DNA of 37,589 bases from Thermotogota bacterium (GCA_039679545.1 JBDKUT010000130.1:1-37589); one strand, 5' to 3'. Shown: positions 9,101 through 19,023, numbered from the stretch's first letter. Notes: generated from the sequence alone by a model not told the origin. Numbers and translations are program-made.

Positions 9101-9505
9101 ATGACCACCAAAGTGGGCCTGTGGATCGACCACAAGAAGGCCATCGTCGTGGCCATCACGGACAAGGGCGAAGAGACAACCCACGTGATCTCGAGCGTCG
9201 AGAAACAGCTTCGCCGCTCCGGTGATTCGCCGCTCCAGGGTTCGTTTGAGGCGCGGCGAGTGCCGGCCGACAACACCCGCCAAAGAGCGCTCACCGGGCA
9301 TCTCAACACCTACTACGACGCGGTGATCGCGGCCGTCGGCGGCGCTGAGGCTATCTTCATCTTCGGGCCCGGAGAGGCGAAGGGCGAGCTGAAGAAGCGG
9401 CTTGAGAAGAGCAAATTGGGGGGGCGCGTCGCGGCGGTTGAGGCGGTCGACAAGATGACGGACCGCCAGATCGCGGCGAAGGTCCGTGAGCACTTCGCCA
9501 AGTAG
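9101..9505 (+). CDS. Small eRF1-domain-2/host-attachment-like protein
   Basis: VGLWIDHKKA N-terminus, IFIFGPGEAKGEL and DKMTDRQIAAKVR; AAGGAG SD. Confidence 0.75.
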   Translation: MTTKVGLWIDHKKAIVVAITDKGEETTHVISSVEKQLRRSGDSPLQGSFEARRVPADNTRQRALTGHLNTYYDAVIAAVGGAEAIFIFGPGEAKGELKKRLEKSKLGGRVAAVEAVDKMTDRQIAAKVREHFAK

Positions 9506-9556
9506 TACCCAACGCTTGAACCACGGCGGTGCTGAGAGCCCGAGAGGCGGCGAGCG

Positions 9557-9931
9557 ATGAAACGGACCCGGCGAACTGATGACGAATCCTTGGAGTCCTC
9601 TGCATTCGTTGCGCAGGAGAAGGATGTTCCGATCCTCGTCGAGGTCCAGCTTCTGATGTCGGAGAAGAGGACGGCTCTGTCGATCATGCGCACGGGGATC
9701 GCCATCCTCGCGCTGCCGCTCTCCGTGCTCTCCGTCCTCATTGCGACGTCCAGGTACTACGACGTCGGCCGCATCGTCCACTTGTACATCGCCGTCCTCG
9801 CCCTTTGCGGCATTCTTGTCGGGTTGTCCGTCTGGCTCGTCGTCCGAGCCATCCTACGGATCCGGGATCTTGATCGCGTGATCCGACGCGTCAGAACGAA
9901 GTTCCCCAACCTGGCGGATGTGATTCGCTGA
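9557..9931 (+). CDS. DUF202/YidH-like small membrane protein
   Basis: LMSEKRTALSIMRTGIA motif followed by two TM segments. Confidence 0.75.
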   Translation: MKRTRRTDDESLESSAFVAQEKDVPILVEVQLLMSEKRTALSIMRTGIAILALPLSVLSVLIATSRYYDVGRIVHLYIAVLALCGILVGLSVWLVVRAILRIRDLDRVIRRVRTKFPNLADVIR

Positions 9932-10042
9932 GCGCATCCGTGCCTTGTGCGGCGTTGTGGCGGGCGGCGCGGGAACGAAGACTATGGCGGCCGGGCCGTC
10001 CCTCAGTGGGCGATGAAGGTGTGCCTGTGGTAGTCTCGCCGC

Positions 10043-11224
10043 ATGCCGAGTGTTGGAGGATATGATCTCTCGCTCATCCTGATCGAGCTCGGAGCCGTCG
10101 TGATCGGTCTCGCCGTCCTCACGCGGCTTGCGAACCGGTTCGCCTTCTCCGCGATTCCTCTCTATCTCCTCGCGGGCCTCGCCTTGGGCCAAGGCGGCCC
10201 ACTCCCGGTCGCGCTGAGCGAAAACCTCGTTCATCTTGGCTCGGAGATCGGCGTGCTTCTGCTTCTCTTCATGCTTGGCCTCGAGTACTCGGGCGAGCAG
10301 CTTCGCGCGAACCTGCGCTCCGGGCTCCCTGCGGGACTCGTAGACCTGGCGCTCAACTTCCCTCCCGGCCTTGTGGCCGGCCTCCTCCTTGGCTGGGGTC
10401 CCCTCGCGGCGGTGATGCTTGGCGGGGTCACGTACATCTCAAGCTCAGGCGTTGCCGCCGGCGTGCTGAGGGATCTCGGGCGAATATCGAACCCCGAGAC
10501 TCCGGCGGTTGTGTCGATCCTCGTCCTGGAGGACCTGGCGATGGCCCTGTTCCTGCCGCTTGTGGGAGTGCTTCTGATCGGGCAGAGTACCGCCCAGGGT
10601 GCGGTTGCGATTCTCATCGCGCTCGCCGCCGTGGGCGCCGTCCTGTTCATCGCGATTCGCTACGGACGAGCCGTGAGCCGACTGGTCTCCCACCGCTCGG
10701 AGGAAGCGACGATGTTCGGGGTCCTCGGCCTTGTGCTCCTCGTCGCCGGTTTGGCGCAGCGGCTGCAGGTGTCGGCGGGCATCGGCGCGTTCCTGGTCGG
10801 AATCGCCGTCTCCGGCCCTCTGGTCCGTCGGGCGCGGCAGCAGCTCGGCCCGTTCCGCGACCTTCTGGCTGCCGTCTTCTTCCTCTTCTTCGGACTGCAG
10901 ATCGACCCGACGATGCTCTCCCCCGTGCTTGTCCCCGCTGCGGGTCTTGGTGCGGCCGCGGCTGTCACGAAGCTCGTCGCCGGGTGGTGGGCGACACAGC
11001 GCGCGGGCGTGCGTCCCCTCGGTCGGCTGCGCGCAGGCGCCGTCTTGATTGCACGCGGCGAGTTCTCGATCGTCATTGCCGGGCTGGCGGTGGCGGCCGG
11101 CGTCGAGCCGAGCTTCGGCCCGCTGGCCGCTGCGTTCATCCTGTTCTCGGCCCTCCTCGGCCCGGTCCTCGCCCACCTCGTCGAGCCGCTGGGCCGTTCG
11201 TTTCTCGCCCGTAAGCGCGCCTGA
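10043..11224 (+). CDS. Cation:proton antiporter, CPA2 (KhtU/YhaU-like)
   Basis: Many TM helices; IGVLLLLFMLGLEY, YISSSG, LVLEDL and ARGEFSIVIA motifs. Confidence 0.9.
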   Translation: MPSVGGYDLSLILIELGAVVIGLAVLTRLANRFAFSAIPLYLLAGLALGQGGPLPVALSENLVHLGSEIGVLLLLFMLGLEYSGEQLRANLRSGLPAGLVDLALNFPPGLVAGLLLGWGPLAAVMLGGVTYISSSGVAAGVLRDLGRISNPETPAVVSILVLEDLAMALFLPLVGVLLIGQSTAQGAVAILIALAAVGAVLFIAIRYGRAVSRLVSHRSEEATMFGVLGLVLLVAGLAQRLQVSAGIGAFLVGIAVSGPLVRRARQQLGPFRDLLAAVFFLFFGLQIDPTMLSPVLVPAAGLGAAAAVTKLVAGWWATQRAGVRPLGRLRAGAVLIARGEFSIVIAGLAVAAGVEPSFGPLAAAFILFSALLGPVLAHLVEPLGRSFLARKRA

Positions 11225-11376
11225 TTCGTGAGCACCCTGTAACGACTCGCTTGGAGCACAGCCTGTGTGGATGTAGGATGAACGACGCACCCTCGGGGAA
11301 GGAGATGGTCTTTCCGTGCTCTCATGAGGATGCGAGCGGGCTTCCGGGTTGGCGGGTCGCGAGAGACGATGGTGAA

Positions 11377-11928
11377 ATGTACAAGGCAGTGGTGTGGCTG
11401 ATCGGGCTTGGCCTGGCCTTTCAGACCCTGGGCGTCGTGCTGGCGGTGTGGCATGGCGACATCCCGGTGATCCGCGAGATCACGGAGGGGCCCTACGCGC
11501 ACGCCACGGAGGGGCTGAAGGTCCTTCGTTCCACCGGCAGGCTGAGTCTCGGGGACGTCGGGTTTCGCGAACTCGCGACAGCGTTTGTCGAGCGCGGGCG
11601 CGGCCTCACCGAAGGAGGCGCCGACCGCCGTGTCGTAGGATTGTCGTGGCGGCGAGCCCCGTATGAAGCCGAGTCCTACGTCGCGCCACGCTACGCCTAC
11701 CCAATCGTTGCGGCGTTCTCCGACGGGTGGACGGACGCCATGGACCCCAGGAACATGGTCTCTTACGTGGACAGCCTACCAACGCGGTTGGACGCTCTGT
11801 GGCCGGGGCTGTTCTTTCTGGGAGCCGTCTTGGGGGTCGTCGGCGGTGGCCTGCAGAGACGCTGGCAAAGGGAGCATCCGGCGGAGGTGGTTTCGCGCGA
11901 GAAGCCGCTGCTTCCTTGGTGGCGCTGA
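11377..11928 (+). CDS. Hypothetical membrane protein (N- and C-terminal TM)
   Basis: Hydrophobic segments at both ends. Start chosen at ATG 11377. Confidence 0.55.
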   Translation: MYKAVVWLIGLGLAFQTLGVVLAVWHGDIPVIREITEGPYAHATEGLKVLRSTGRLSLGDVGFRELATAFVERGRGLTEGGADRRVVGLSWRRAPYEAESYVAPRYAYPIVAAFSDGWTDAMDPRNMVSYVDSLPTRLDALWPGLFFLGAVLGVVGGGLQRRWQREHPAEVVSREKPLLPWWR

Positions 11929-11968
11929 GTACAGCAAAGTGCGTGACGGCGCCATTCGGCGGTGCCGG

Positions 11969-12274
11969 GTGAAGCGCACCGAGCTGGAGGCTACGTCCGG
12001 CTTCGGCGCGGGGATCGTCGAGCTAGATTCGGGGGATCTCCTCGTCTGCGGTACGGGGGCGACGAACGGCCCGACGGAGACGGACGCGCTCTTCATGCGC
12101 CTTGACCCGACAGGCAAGGCGCTGTGGGCGGAGGTCTTGGGCGATCCTGCAGGGCGGGAGCGGATCGAGGGCATGTGCCGGCTGGAGACGGGCGTGGTCG
12201 GCCCCACAAAGTCGATTGCCGGCGGGAGTCAGGGCGTCCTCGTGCTGTTCGTTGACCCGGCCGCGTTGCCCTGA
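11969..12274 (+). pseudogene. Probable remnant of a beta-propeller/secreted repeat protein
   Basis: Repeat-like segments GDLLVCG...DALFMRLDPTGKALW...GGSQGVLVL. Only about 100 aa with no clear SD. Confidence 0.4.
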
Positions 12275-12350
12275 CGCCTCCAGCCTCCGCGGACTGGCGG
12301 CTGAGGCCGGTTCCCTTGCGCAGGACGCGCCCTGTGGGAGAATCGTTCCC

Positions 12351-12908
12351 ATGCGTGACATCGTGCTCGAGCACCAACGGCGCTACCCGTGCTGGAAGCT
12401 CGACGATCTGTACAAGCTCGTCCACCAGGCGGCTCTCGGCAGTGAGCACACGGTGACGGACGAGGCCCGCGCTCGTGCGTGGCTCACCCAGGAGATGGCC
12501 AAGATGGGACTGGGACCGCACGAGCCGCTGATCGAGCCGATCTCTCCGGACGGAGAGGTTGTACGCGTCCACCTGCGTCCCTACCTGCGGAGAAGGCTCG
12601 ATCCGGAACTCCTTCTTGAGGCGTTCGTGCGGACCGCGGAGGAGTTTCGTGGCCTACATGGCCGGATCGACGCCGGCCTCGCAGAAGCGGGACGACTGGC
12701 TCGGGAGGGCCGGCTCCCGTTCACCGAAACTGACATCGCCTTACTATCCGCACGCATGCGGGCGGAGGGCTTCCCAGCCGTCCACCACTCGGACGTCTAC
12801 GTCGCCGAGTACCACCCGGCATACCGTGTGATCTCCCGAGCGTCAATGGCCAAGGAGCTGCAGGAGCTGTCTGATGGAGGAGAAGCAACCAGTGAACGTT
12901 CTTCCTGA
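12351..12908 (+). CDS. Conserved hypothetical protein
   Basis: H..RYP....DLYKL.HQA.LG.EH and VHHS..Y...Y.PAYRVI motifs of a recurrent uncharacterised domain. Confidence 0.75.
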   Translation: MRDIVLEHQRRYPCWKLDDLYKLVHQAALGSEHTVTDEARARAWLTQEMAKMGLGPHEPLIEPISPDGEVVRVHLRPYLRRRLDPELLLEAFVRTAEEFRGLHGRIDAGLAEAGRLAREGRLPFTETDIALLSARMRAEGFPAVHHSDVYVAEYHPAYRVISRASMAKELQELSDGGEATSERSS

Positions 12909-13632
12909 GTTTCGTGGACTGTGTGAGGAGTTCGTCGCCGGCGTTCGGAGCGTCCTGGGGGAGAAGCTTTACGCCGTCTACATCTACGGCGCGGTGACGT
13001 TCCCCGAGACGAAGGGCACGGGCGACGTCGACTTCCATGCCATTCTCACCGCGCCGCCGGCCGACAGCGAGCGAGAGGCTCTGCTCGAGCTTCACCGGCA
13101 TCTGGAGCGGGAGGTTCCGCCGCTTGGGACGGATCTCGATGGGCACTACATCCTTCTCGTGGACGCACGCCAGGCTGCTCCACCCAGGCACCTGCTCTTC
13201 CCTGAGATCGTCGACGAGTCGTGGGCCCTCCATCGAGCTCACATGCTGGCCGGACGTGTTGCCGTGCTCCACGGCCCGGACCCAAGGACGATCCTCGCGC
13301 CCCCAACGCGCGAGGAACTCGACGAGGCGCTCAACGGCGAGCTCAACTACGTGACACAACACCTCGCGGACTACCCCGGTTACTGCGTCCTCAATCTGTG
13401 CCGGCTCCTGTACAGCTGGGAGACAGGCGATGTCGTGATCTCCAAGGCCGCCGCGGCTGCTTGGGCGTCACGGCGCTTCCCATCGTGGCGGGAGTTCGTG
13501 GCGTTGGCTTCCGACTCGTACGCGAAGCCGGCGACGGCCGTGGACCTTGAAGTTCTGGCGAATGGGCTGCCGAAGTTCTACTCGTTCGCCCAAGGTGAGA
13601 TCGAATCGCTCCGTCCGCGGCGCGATTCGTAG
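12874..13632 (+). CDS. Nucleotidyltransferase with AadA C-terminal (DUF4111)-like domain
   Basis: Pol-beta NTase motif YIYGA....GDVDF and C-terminal YCVLNLCR...ISK..AA.WA. Start may be GTG 12892. Confidence 0.82.
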   Translation: MEEKQPVNVLPEFRGLCEEFVAGVRSVLGEKLYAVYIYGAVTFPETKGTGDVDFHAILTAPPADSEREALLELHRHLEREVPPLGTDLDGHYILLVDARQAAPPRHLLFPEIVDESWALHRAHMLAGRVAVLHGPDPRTILAPPTREELDEALNGELNYVTQHLADYPGYCVLNLCRLLYSWETGDVVISKAAAAAWASRRFPSWREFVALASDSYAKPATAVDLEVLANGLPKFYSFAQGEIESLRPRRDS

Positions 13633-13656
13633 GCGTAGAGCGGGCTCGACGCCGCG

Positions 13657-15300
13657 TCAGTTAGGGAGCAGCTTCTGCGCCATCAGCTTCGGCGGGAGCG
13701 ATCCACAGGCGAGGATCGCGTCGTGGATCTCGCGCAGCGGCACCCCCGGGCGCTTCGCCTTGTAGGCGTCGATCAGCTTTAGGATCTCAAGCTTCCCAAT
13801 CAAGTAGCTCATCGGTTGCGTCGGACTTTGCGTGTAGCGGTGGACCTCGGCCTTGGCGTCTCCGGGTTCGAGCCCCACGCGATCGACGAGGAAGGCGATG
13901 GCCTCCTCGACCGTCATGCCGCGCGTGTGCAGGGAGACGTCCAGGATAATCCGGGCCGCACGCCACAGCTGGTCCTTGCGGCGAGCGAGAGGCTGGACGG
14001 GGTCGCTGAGGAACCCGAGCTCCTCCATCAGCTCCTCGCAGTAGAAGGCCCACCCCTCGACGAACAGGCTTGACAGGGCCGACGCCAGCTTCCGCGGCAG
14101 CGTGGCAGTGCGGTTCGCGTGAACGAGTTGCAGGTGGTGTCCCGGGTATCCCTCATGGAGTGCGGTGATCGGGAGCTTGGCGGTGTTGTGGCCGCGCAGC
14201 TTGATCTCCTGGGCCTCGGCGGAGGCGCGCTTGGATACGGGAGTCACGAGGAAGACGCCCTCCTGCCGCGGCTCGAGAAGTCCGGGTGGCATGTACGCCG
14301 CGTACGGAAGGACGCCGCGCAAGTAGGCGGGGGTGGGTCGTACCCGCAGGGTCTCGCCTTCCGGTATCGTCGCGATTCCGCGTTCAACGACGAACGCGCG
14401 GGCCCTGGCGACCTCCTGCTTGTAGGTGTCGAGCAAATCCGTTGCGTCAGGGTGGCGTTTCTTCGCTTCGTCGAGGATCTGGCGCGCCGTCTTCGTCGGA
14501 GAGAGTTTGCGTGCCAGATCGTCCATCGACCGCTGTGTGTCATCGAACAGACGGTGCCCAATCTTCAGGAGCTCGTCGGCCGACACGTCGAGGAGGTGTT
14601 GGTCATGAAGCATTTCTTCGAACACGGCCTTGCCCACGGCGAAGTCGCCCTTCGCCCGCGGTGCGACGTCCGTGCGCAGGAACCGGGCGTAGTCGTCGAG
14701 CGCGGCGGCGGCGCGTCGGGACGCAGTTAGGATCTGTGGGAAGAGCCACGGTGTGCGTAGGGCGAGCAGAGGAACGAGGACGGTGAACAGCCCACGCCCC
14801 TGCGTCGCGCTGTCGATCGCCATCTCTACCCACACGGGTGGAACTTCCTCGGGGACGAGGTTCTGCTTCGCCTCGGCGAGGACGCGGGGCACCTCGGTCA
14901 GGCGGCCGAGCACGGACCGCATGCGCGTCCTGAACGGCGCGAAGTCGCGAATCAGAAGGAGGAAGACACCGCCCAGGCACTCCTCGACGCACGCGCCCGG
15001 GGAGCGTTTCTCCGAGCGCAAGGGATCGAAGTCGCGGAGGAACGCGCGAACGAGGCGAACCATCACGGTGTGGTCGATGGTCGCGTCCGGTCCGAAACCG
15101 GCGGTGTCCGTCGTCTCGAGACGTTTCAGGGCCTCGCGTAGGTGAGCCTCTTGGTGTCGTAGCGCATCGGGGGTGTGGTCGCCGAGGAACCGGTCGAATC
15201 GATGATCTCCGAGCTCGGTGGCGGCGATCGGCGACTCGCTCAGGAACTCGTCAACAAACGTTTCGACAGCTGAGTAGAACGCAGCTTCCTTCGGATTCAC
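13657..15300 (-). CDS. DUF885 family putative metallopeptidase
   Basis: HEGYPGHHLQ, FVEGWAFYCE, WRAARIILD and PTQPMSYLIG motifs; GAGGAGG SD. Confidence 0.92.
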   Translation of the reverse strand: MNPKEAAFYSAVETFVDEFLSESPIAATELGDHRFDRFLGDHTPDALRHQEAHLREALKRLETTDTAGFGPDATIDHTVMVRLVRAFLRDFDPLRSEKRSPGACVEECLGGVFLLLIRDFAPFRTRMRSVLGRLTEVPRVLAEAKQNLVPEEVPPVWVEMAIDSATQGRGLFTVLVPLLALRTPWLFPQILTASRRAAAALDDYARFLRTDVAPRAKGDFAVGKAVFEEMLHDQHLLDVSADELLKIGHRLFDDTQRSMDDLARKLSPTKTARQILDEAKKRHPDATDLLDTYKQEVARARAFVVERGIATIPEGETLRVRPTPAYLRGVLPYAAYMPPGLLEPRQEGVFLVTPVSKRASAEAQEIKLRGHNTAKLPITALHEGYPGHHLQLVHANRTATLPRKLASALSSLFVEGWAFYCEELMEELGFLSDPVQPLARRKDQLWRAARIILDVSLHTRGMTVEEAIAFLVDRVGLEPGDAKAEVHRYTQSPTQPMSYLIGKLEILKLIDAYKAKRPGVPLREIHDAILACGSLPPKLMAQKLLPN

Positions 15301-15421
15301 GATCCTCCTCTCGCGTCGTCCGGCGAAACCCTTGGTATCACATCGCCCGCGCCGGAGCGCGTCGGCCCGATTCTACCTGACCGGTGACTCCCTTGAGAAT
15401 CAGGCTGCGCAGATTCCGCCG

Positions 15422-15450
15422 TTGACCGGTGTCAGGAGTCTTGTTATGTT
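15422..15450 (+). promoter_or_regulatory. Putative sigma70 promoter of the prsW-like gene
   Basis: TTGACC-17nt-TATGTT with a TG extension. Confidence 0.55.
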
Positions 15451-15506
15451 GAGATCCGATTCAACCCAGGGGAGGTGAGGCTCGGCGGACTCGCCGGGCG
15501 GAGAAC

Positions 15507-16451
15507 GTGGAGGGGATCCGGGTCGCTGCAACTGTCATCTTTACCGTACTGCCGATCGTGCTTCTGCTGGGCTACTTCTACACGCGGGACGTGCGCCGCG
15601 AGCCCCGCGCCACGCTCGCCGCGACGTTTCTCCTCGGAGTCGCCATCGCGCTTCCCGCTGTCTTCCTGTCGCTCATGCTGCTGGTGATTCCGGGACGGTC
15701 GCTGGGGCTCTTCGATGGAGCGCTGTACGATGCGTTCGTCGTCGCGGCAATTCCTGAGGAGCTTCTGAAGCTCGCGGTGATTGCGTGGTTCTGCGCACGC
15801 CGTCGAACCTTCGATGAGGCCATGGATGGGATCGTGTACGGCGCGACGGCCGCGCTCGGCTTCGCCGCGATCGAGAACGTCCTGTACGTGGCCCAAGGGG
15901 GGTGGATCGTCGCCCTGATGCGGAGCGTGACGGCGGTCCCCATGCACGCGGCCATGGGCGCAATCCTTGGGTACTACGTCGCCCAGCAGCGGCTCCTCCT
16001 TCGCCGCGGTGCTATGTGGAGCGGCCTTGCGATCGCCGTGCTTGTCCACGGCTGGTACGACTTCGGCCCGATGGTTCTCGTGCGGCTGGGAGCCGATGAG
16101 GAATCGCCTGCGGAAATGGGCTTCCTCTCGCTCGGCCTTGTCGTGCTGTTCCTGGCGGTCGTTGTGACGACGCTCCTCGCCGTGAGGCGTCTCGTGAGGC
16201 GTCTTCGCTCGGAGCAGCTCGTGCCCTGCGCATCCGGACCGCGTGACGTCTCGGGGTCCCGGCTGGCCGACTCTAGCGATCCGCTCGTCGCTCATCTCTT
16301 GGAGCGGCGAGCGCAGGACGCGGAAGCGAGCGGCGCCACAGACGGAGTGTGCGCCACCGGAGAGGCCGATGCGGGGAGGGCTCCCCGCTCCGAGGGACTA
16401 CCGAGCGGCGACCCACTCTCCCCGCACGACGGTGACCGCTTGGCCGCCTAG
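15507..16451 (+). CDS. prsW: PrsW-family intramembrane glutamic/metalloprotease
   Basis: PEELLK, DGIVYG, LGFAAIEN, PMHA and VHGWYD motifs, with a disordered C-terminal tail. Confidence 0.85.
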   Translation: MEGIRVAATVIFTVLPIVLLLGYFYTRDVRREPRATLAATFLLGVAIALPAVFLSLMLLVIPGRSLGLFDGALYDAFVVAAIPEELLKLAVIAWFCARRRTFDEAMDGIVYGATAALGFAAIENVLYVAQGGWIVALMRSVTAVPMHAAMGAILGYYVAQQRLLLRRGAMWSGLAIAVLVHGWYDFGPMVLVRLGADEESPAEMGFLSLGLVVLFLAVVVTTLLAVRRLVRRLRSEQLVPCASGPRDVSGSRLADSSDPLVAHLLERRAQDAEASGATDGVCATGEADAGRAPRSEGLPSGDPLSPHDGDRLAA

Positions 16452-17198
16452 GTGGACGCGGTCGCCGGCCACAGTGCAGCGCACGACACCTCCGCGCGCC
16501 GAGACCTGGTGTCCGATCAGCGGGTTCTTCCCGAGCTTCGCAGCCCAGTACGGGGCGAGGGCGCAGTGGGCGGATCCGGTGACCGGATCCTCGTCGATGC
16601 CCACTCCAGGCGCGAAGAAGCGAGACACGAAGTCAAATCCCGGCGCTGTAGAGCGAGCGGTGATCATGACGCCGCGAACGCCCAGCTGGCGCAGCCTGCC
16701 GAAGTCAGGGGCGGCCCGGCGGACGGCGTCCTCGCTCTCGACCTCGACGAAGTAGTCGAAGCGCGTCTGCCCCACGTAGTGGCCGCTGAGGTCCAGCGCC
16801 TCGAGAAGCCCGCCGGGAGCGGCGACGGGGTGTGGAGGATTGGCCGGGAAGTCAAGCTCGATCCAGTCCCCCCGCTTGGTCGCCGTCAACGGGCCGCTCA
16901 GCGTGTGAAACGTGATCGCCTTCTTGGATTCGACACCGCCCAACTCCCAGAGCGTGTGCGCCGTCGCGAGCGTTCCATGCCCGCACAGCGCCACCTCGGC
17001 CGCTGGCGTGAACCAGCGGAGGTCGTAGTCTCCGCTCGAACGGCGAACTGGGAACGCGGTCTCCGAGAAGCCGAGCTCTGCTGCGACGTGCTGCATCCAC
17101 TCGGCGGGCGCTTCTTCCGTCAGAACGCACACCCCCGCAGGGTTCCCAGCGAAGGGCCGGTCGGTGAACGCATCGACGTGCTGAAATCGAATCGTCAT
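16398..17198 (-). CDS. PhzF-family epimerase/isomerase
   Basis: VDAFTDRPFAGNPAGV, SETAF, EVALCGHGTLA and EDPVTGSAHC motifs. Confidence 0.93.
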   Translation of the reverse strand: MTIRFQHVDAFTDRPFAGNPAGVCVLTEEAPAEWMQHVAAELGFSETAFPVRRSSGDYDLRWFTPAAEVALCGHGTLATAHTLWELGGVESKKAITFHTLSGPLTATKRGDWIELDFPANPPHPVAAPGGLLEALDLSGHYVGQTRFDYFVEVESEDAVRRAAPDFGRLRQLGVRGVMITARSTAPGFDFVSRFFAPGVGIDEDPVTGSAHCALAPYWAAKLGKNPLIGHQVSARGGVVRCTVAGDRVHLGGQAVTVVRGEWVAAR

Positions 17199-17231
17199 GG
17201 TCGACCTCCTGGCGCAACGGCCGCCGGCAGT

Positions 17232-17909
17232 CTACTTGGTCCAGATACTCCGCTGGCCCTTGCGTTCCGGGTTCTCTGGGGAGGCGAACAGCGCGACTGC
17301 TCGCACCGGGGAGCCTTCTGCGCCTTCGAGTCTCAGCGGGAACACAGCGAACCAGAACGCCACGGGCTCTTCTCGGATCCGGTCGAGGTTGCAGAGCCCC
17401 TCGACGATCGGGATCCCGGCGCCGAGAAGGATGTGGTGGGCGGGGCACTCCAGGGCGGAGTCCGCGGGATCGGCGCTCGGTGAGTCGATGCCGACGAGGG
17501 CCACGCCACGGTGGACCAACTCCGCGGCGAGCTCTGGCGAGAGGTGCGGGAATCCCTCGAAGTACGCCGGCGACTCCGCGTCGATCGTCCACCCCGTCTC
17601 GAAGAGGACCGCGCAGTCCCGGAGCGATTGAGTGGGCAAGACGCTCAGGGGGACCGCCCGCTCGCGCGTTCGGACGACGACGGCGGGGCGAAGGGCCAGT
17701 TCGAGGGACGCCACGTCCAGGCCGCCAGGAATGAAGTGCAGCGGCGCGTCGATGTGCGTTCCGAGGTGCATGTCGAGGTGGGTAAGGTGAGTAACCCGGA
17801 CATTCGGGGTGCCGGCATCGGCCGTGACAGCCGCGACGCCGACCCGGTCGCCCGGATATGACAGGCTCCTACGGGTCAACGGCCGTGTGAGGTCGACGAT
17901 CGCGAACAT
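17232..17909 (-). CDS. Cyclase-family metallohydrolase (kynurenine formamidase-like)
   Basis: HLGTHIDAPLHF, GIDSPS, IVEGL and GAEGSPVRA motifs. Confidence 0.9.
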   Translation of the reverse strand: MFAIVDLTRPLTRRSLSYPGDRVGVAAVTADAGTPNVRVTHLTHLDMHLGTHIDAPLHFIPGGLDVASLELALRPAVVVRTRERAVPLSVLPTQSLRDCAVLFETGWTIDAESPAYFEGFPHLSPELAAELVHRGVALVGIDSPSADPADSALECPAHHILLGAGIPIVEGLCNLDRIREEPVAFWFAVFPLRLEGAEGSPVRAVALFASPENPERKGQRSIWTK

Positions 17910-18226
17910 GATCTCCTTGACTCAGGGGCTCGACGTCCCGTCATCCGTGACACTCTCGCCGAAAGCGCCGCTCGCGGCAACGTTCCCCGACGTGCAGCAT
18001 CGGCGCTTCGACTCACGCCGGCCGACTTCCCCGAAGAGGCCCTTCGGGTCTACGACACGGCCGCTGCATCGTCCGCGACTCTGCATGGGCCTCGGTCCTC
18101 CGCGAAGGGTTCGTGACCTTGTGGCGGCGAGACGGCCGAATCTGCCGGGAAGAACGCGCGAAGACGACGCCGTACAATTCGCCCACGCGGGCCGGGCGCG
18201 GTCCCGTAGGAAGGAGACGTGGGGCG

Positions 18227-19009
18227 ATGTCCGATCTCATGAACAGCAGGCGCGACTTTATGAAGGGGTATCCGATGGCGTTCGGGGACGATCCCCGCAA
18301 CCCCGAACTCTCTTCCGACCAGCGGAAGGGCATGCCGGCGCCCCCCTTGGAGAAGCCGTACGATCGAGCCGCAGCGCGCCTCGTCGCGCTACCGACGCCC
18401 ATGAGGGAGGTTCTCGTCAAGGCGAACGTGATGGACGTGCTGGCACAACGTCAGAGCCGCCGCAGCTACCTTGGCTCCGCGCTGTCTCAAGCCGAGCTCT
18501 CACTTCTCCTCTGGGCGACGCAAGGAGTTCGCACGGTGGACCGCGACAAGAACTCGAGCCGGCGCACGGTCCCGTCAGCCGGATCGCGCCATCCCTACGA
18601 GACGTACCTGCGCGTGGCGCGCGTGGAGGGAATCGAGCCCGGTCTGTATCGCTATCTCCCGCTCACGCATCAGCTCCTGTTCCTTGACGATCGTCCAAGC
18701 CTTCGCGAGGAGCTGTACGTCCTCACCGACCGCGAGGATTGGGCCGCGGACGCCCCGGTGTTCTTCCTGTGGAGCTGCATTCCCTATCGGGGCGAGTGGC
18801 GCTACCACACCATGGCTCACAAGTCGATGCTGCTCGACGCGGGACACATCGCCCAGAACCTGTACCTTGCCGCGGAAGCCATGGGCTGCGGAGCGTGCAC
18901 GCTAGGGGGATACTGGCAGGAGGGCGCCGACCGCTTCTGCGGTGTGGACGGTGAAGACGAGTACGTCGTGTACCTCGCGGCCGTGGGACGCATCGGAGAA
19001 CCGAACTAG
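18227..19009 (+). CDS. SagB/ThcOx-family FMN-dependent nitroreductase/dehydrogenase
   Basis: RQSRRSY, RTVPSAGSRHPYE and LDAGHIAQNLYLAAEA motifs; AAGGAG SD. Confidence 0.9.
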   Translation: MSDLMNSRRDFMKGYPMAFGDDPRNPELSSDQRKGMPAPPLEKPYDRAAARLVALPTPMREVLVKANVMDVLAQRQSRRSYLGSALSQAELSLLLWATQGVRTVDRDKNSSRRTVPSAGSRHPYETYLRVARVEGIEPGLYRYLPLTHQLLFLDDRPSLREELYVLTDREDWAADAPVFFLWSCIPYRGEWRYHTMAHKSMLLDAGHIAQNLYLAAEAMGCGACTLGGYWQEGADRFCGVDGEDEYVVYLAAVGRIGEPN

Positions 19010-19023
19010 GCAAGGAGCAGGCG

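Noticed and set aside
222..13632. Integron cassette array (GNAT/AadA-like cargo)
   Set aside because: I found no RYYYAAC...GTTRRRY paired attC sites between genes and no integrase. Orientation is mixed and several genes have their own promoters.
12874..13632. Calling this a bona fide aadA resistance gene
   Set aside because: Only fold-level motifs are visible, and the substrate cannot be inferred.
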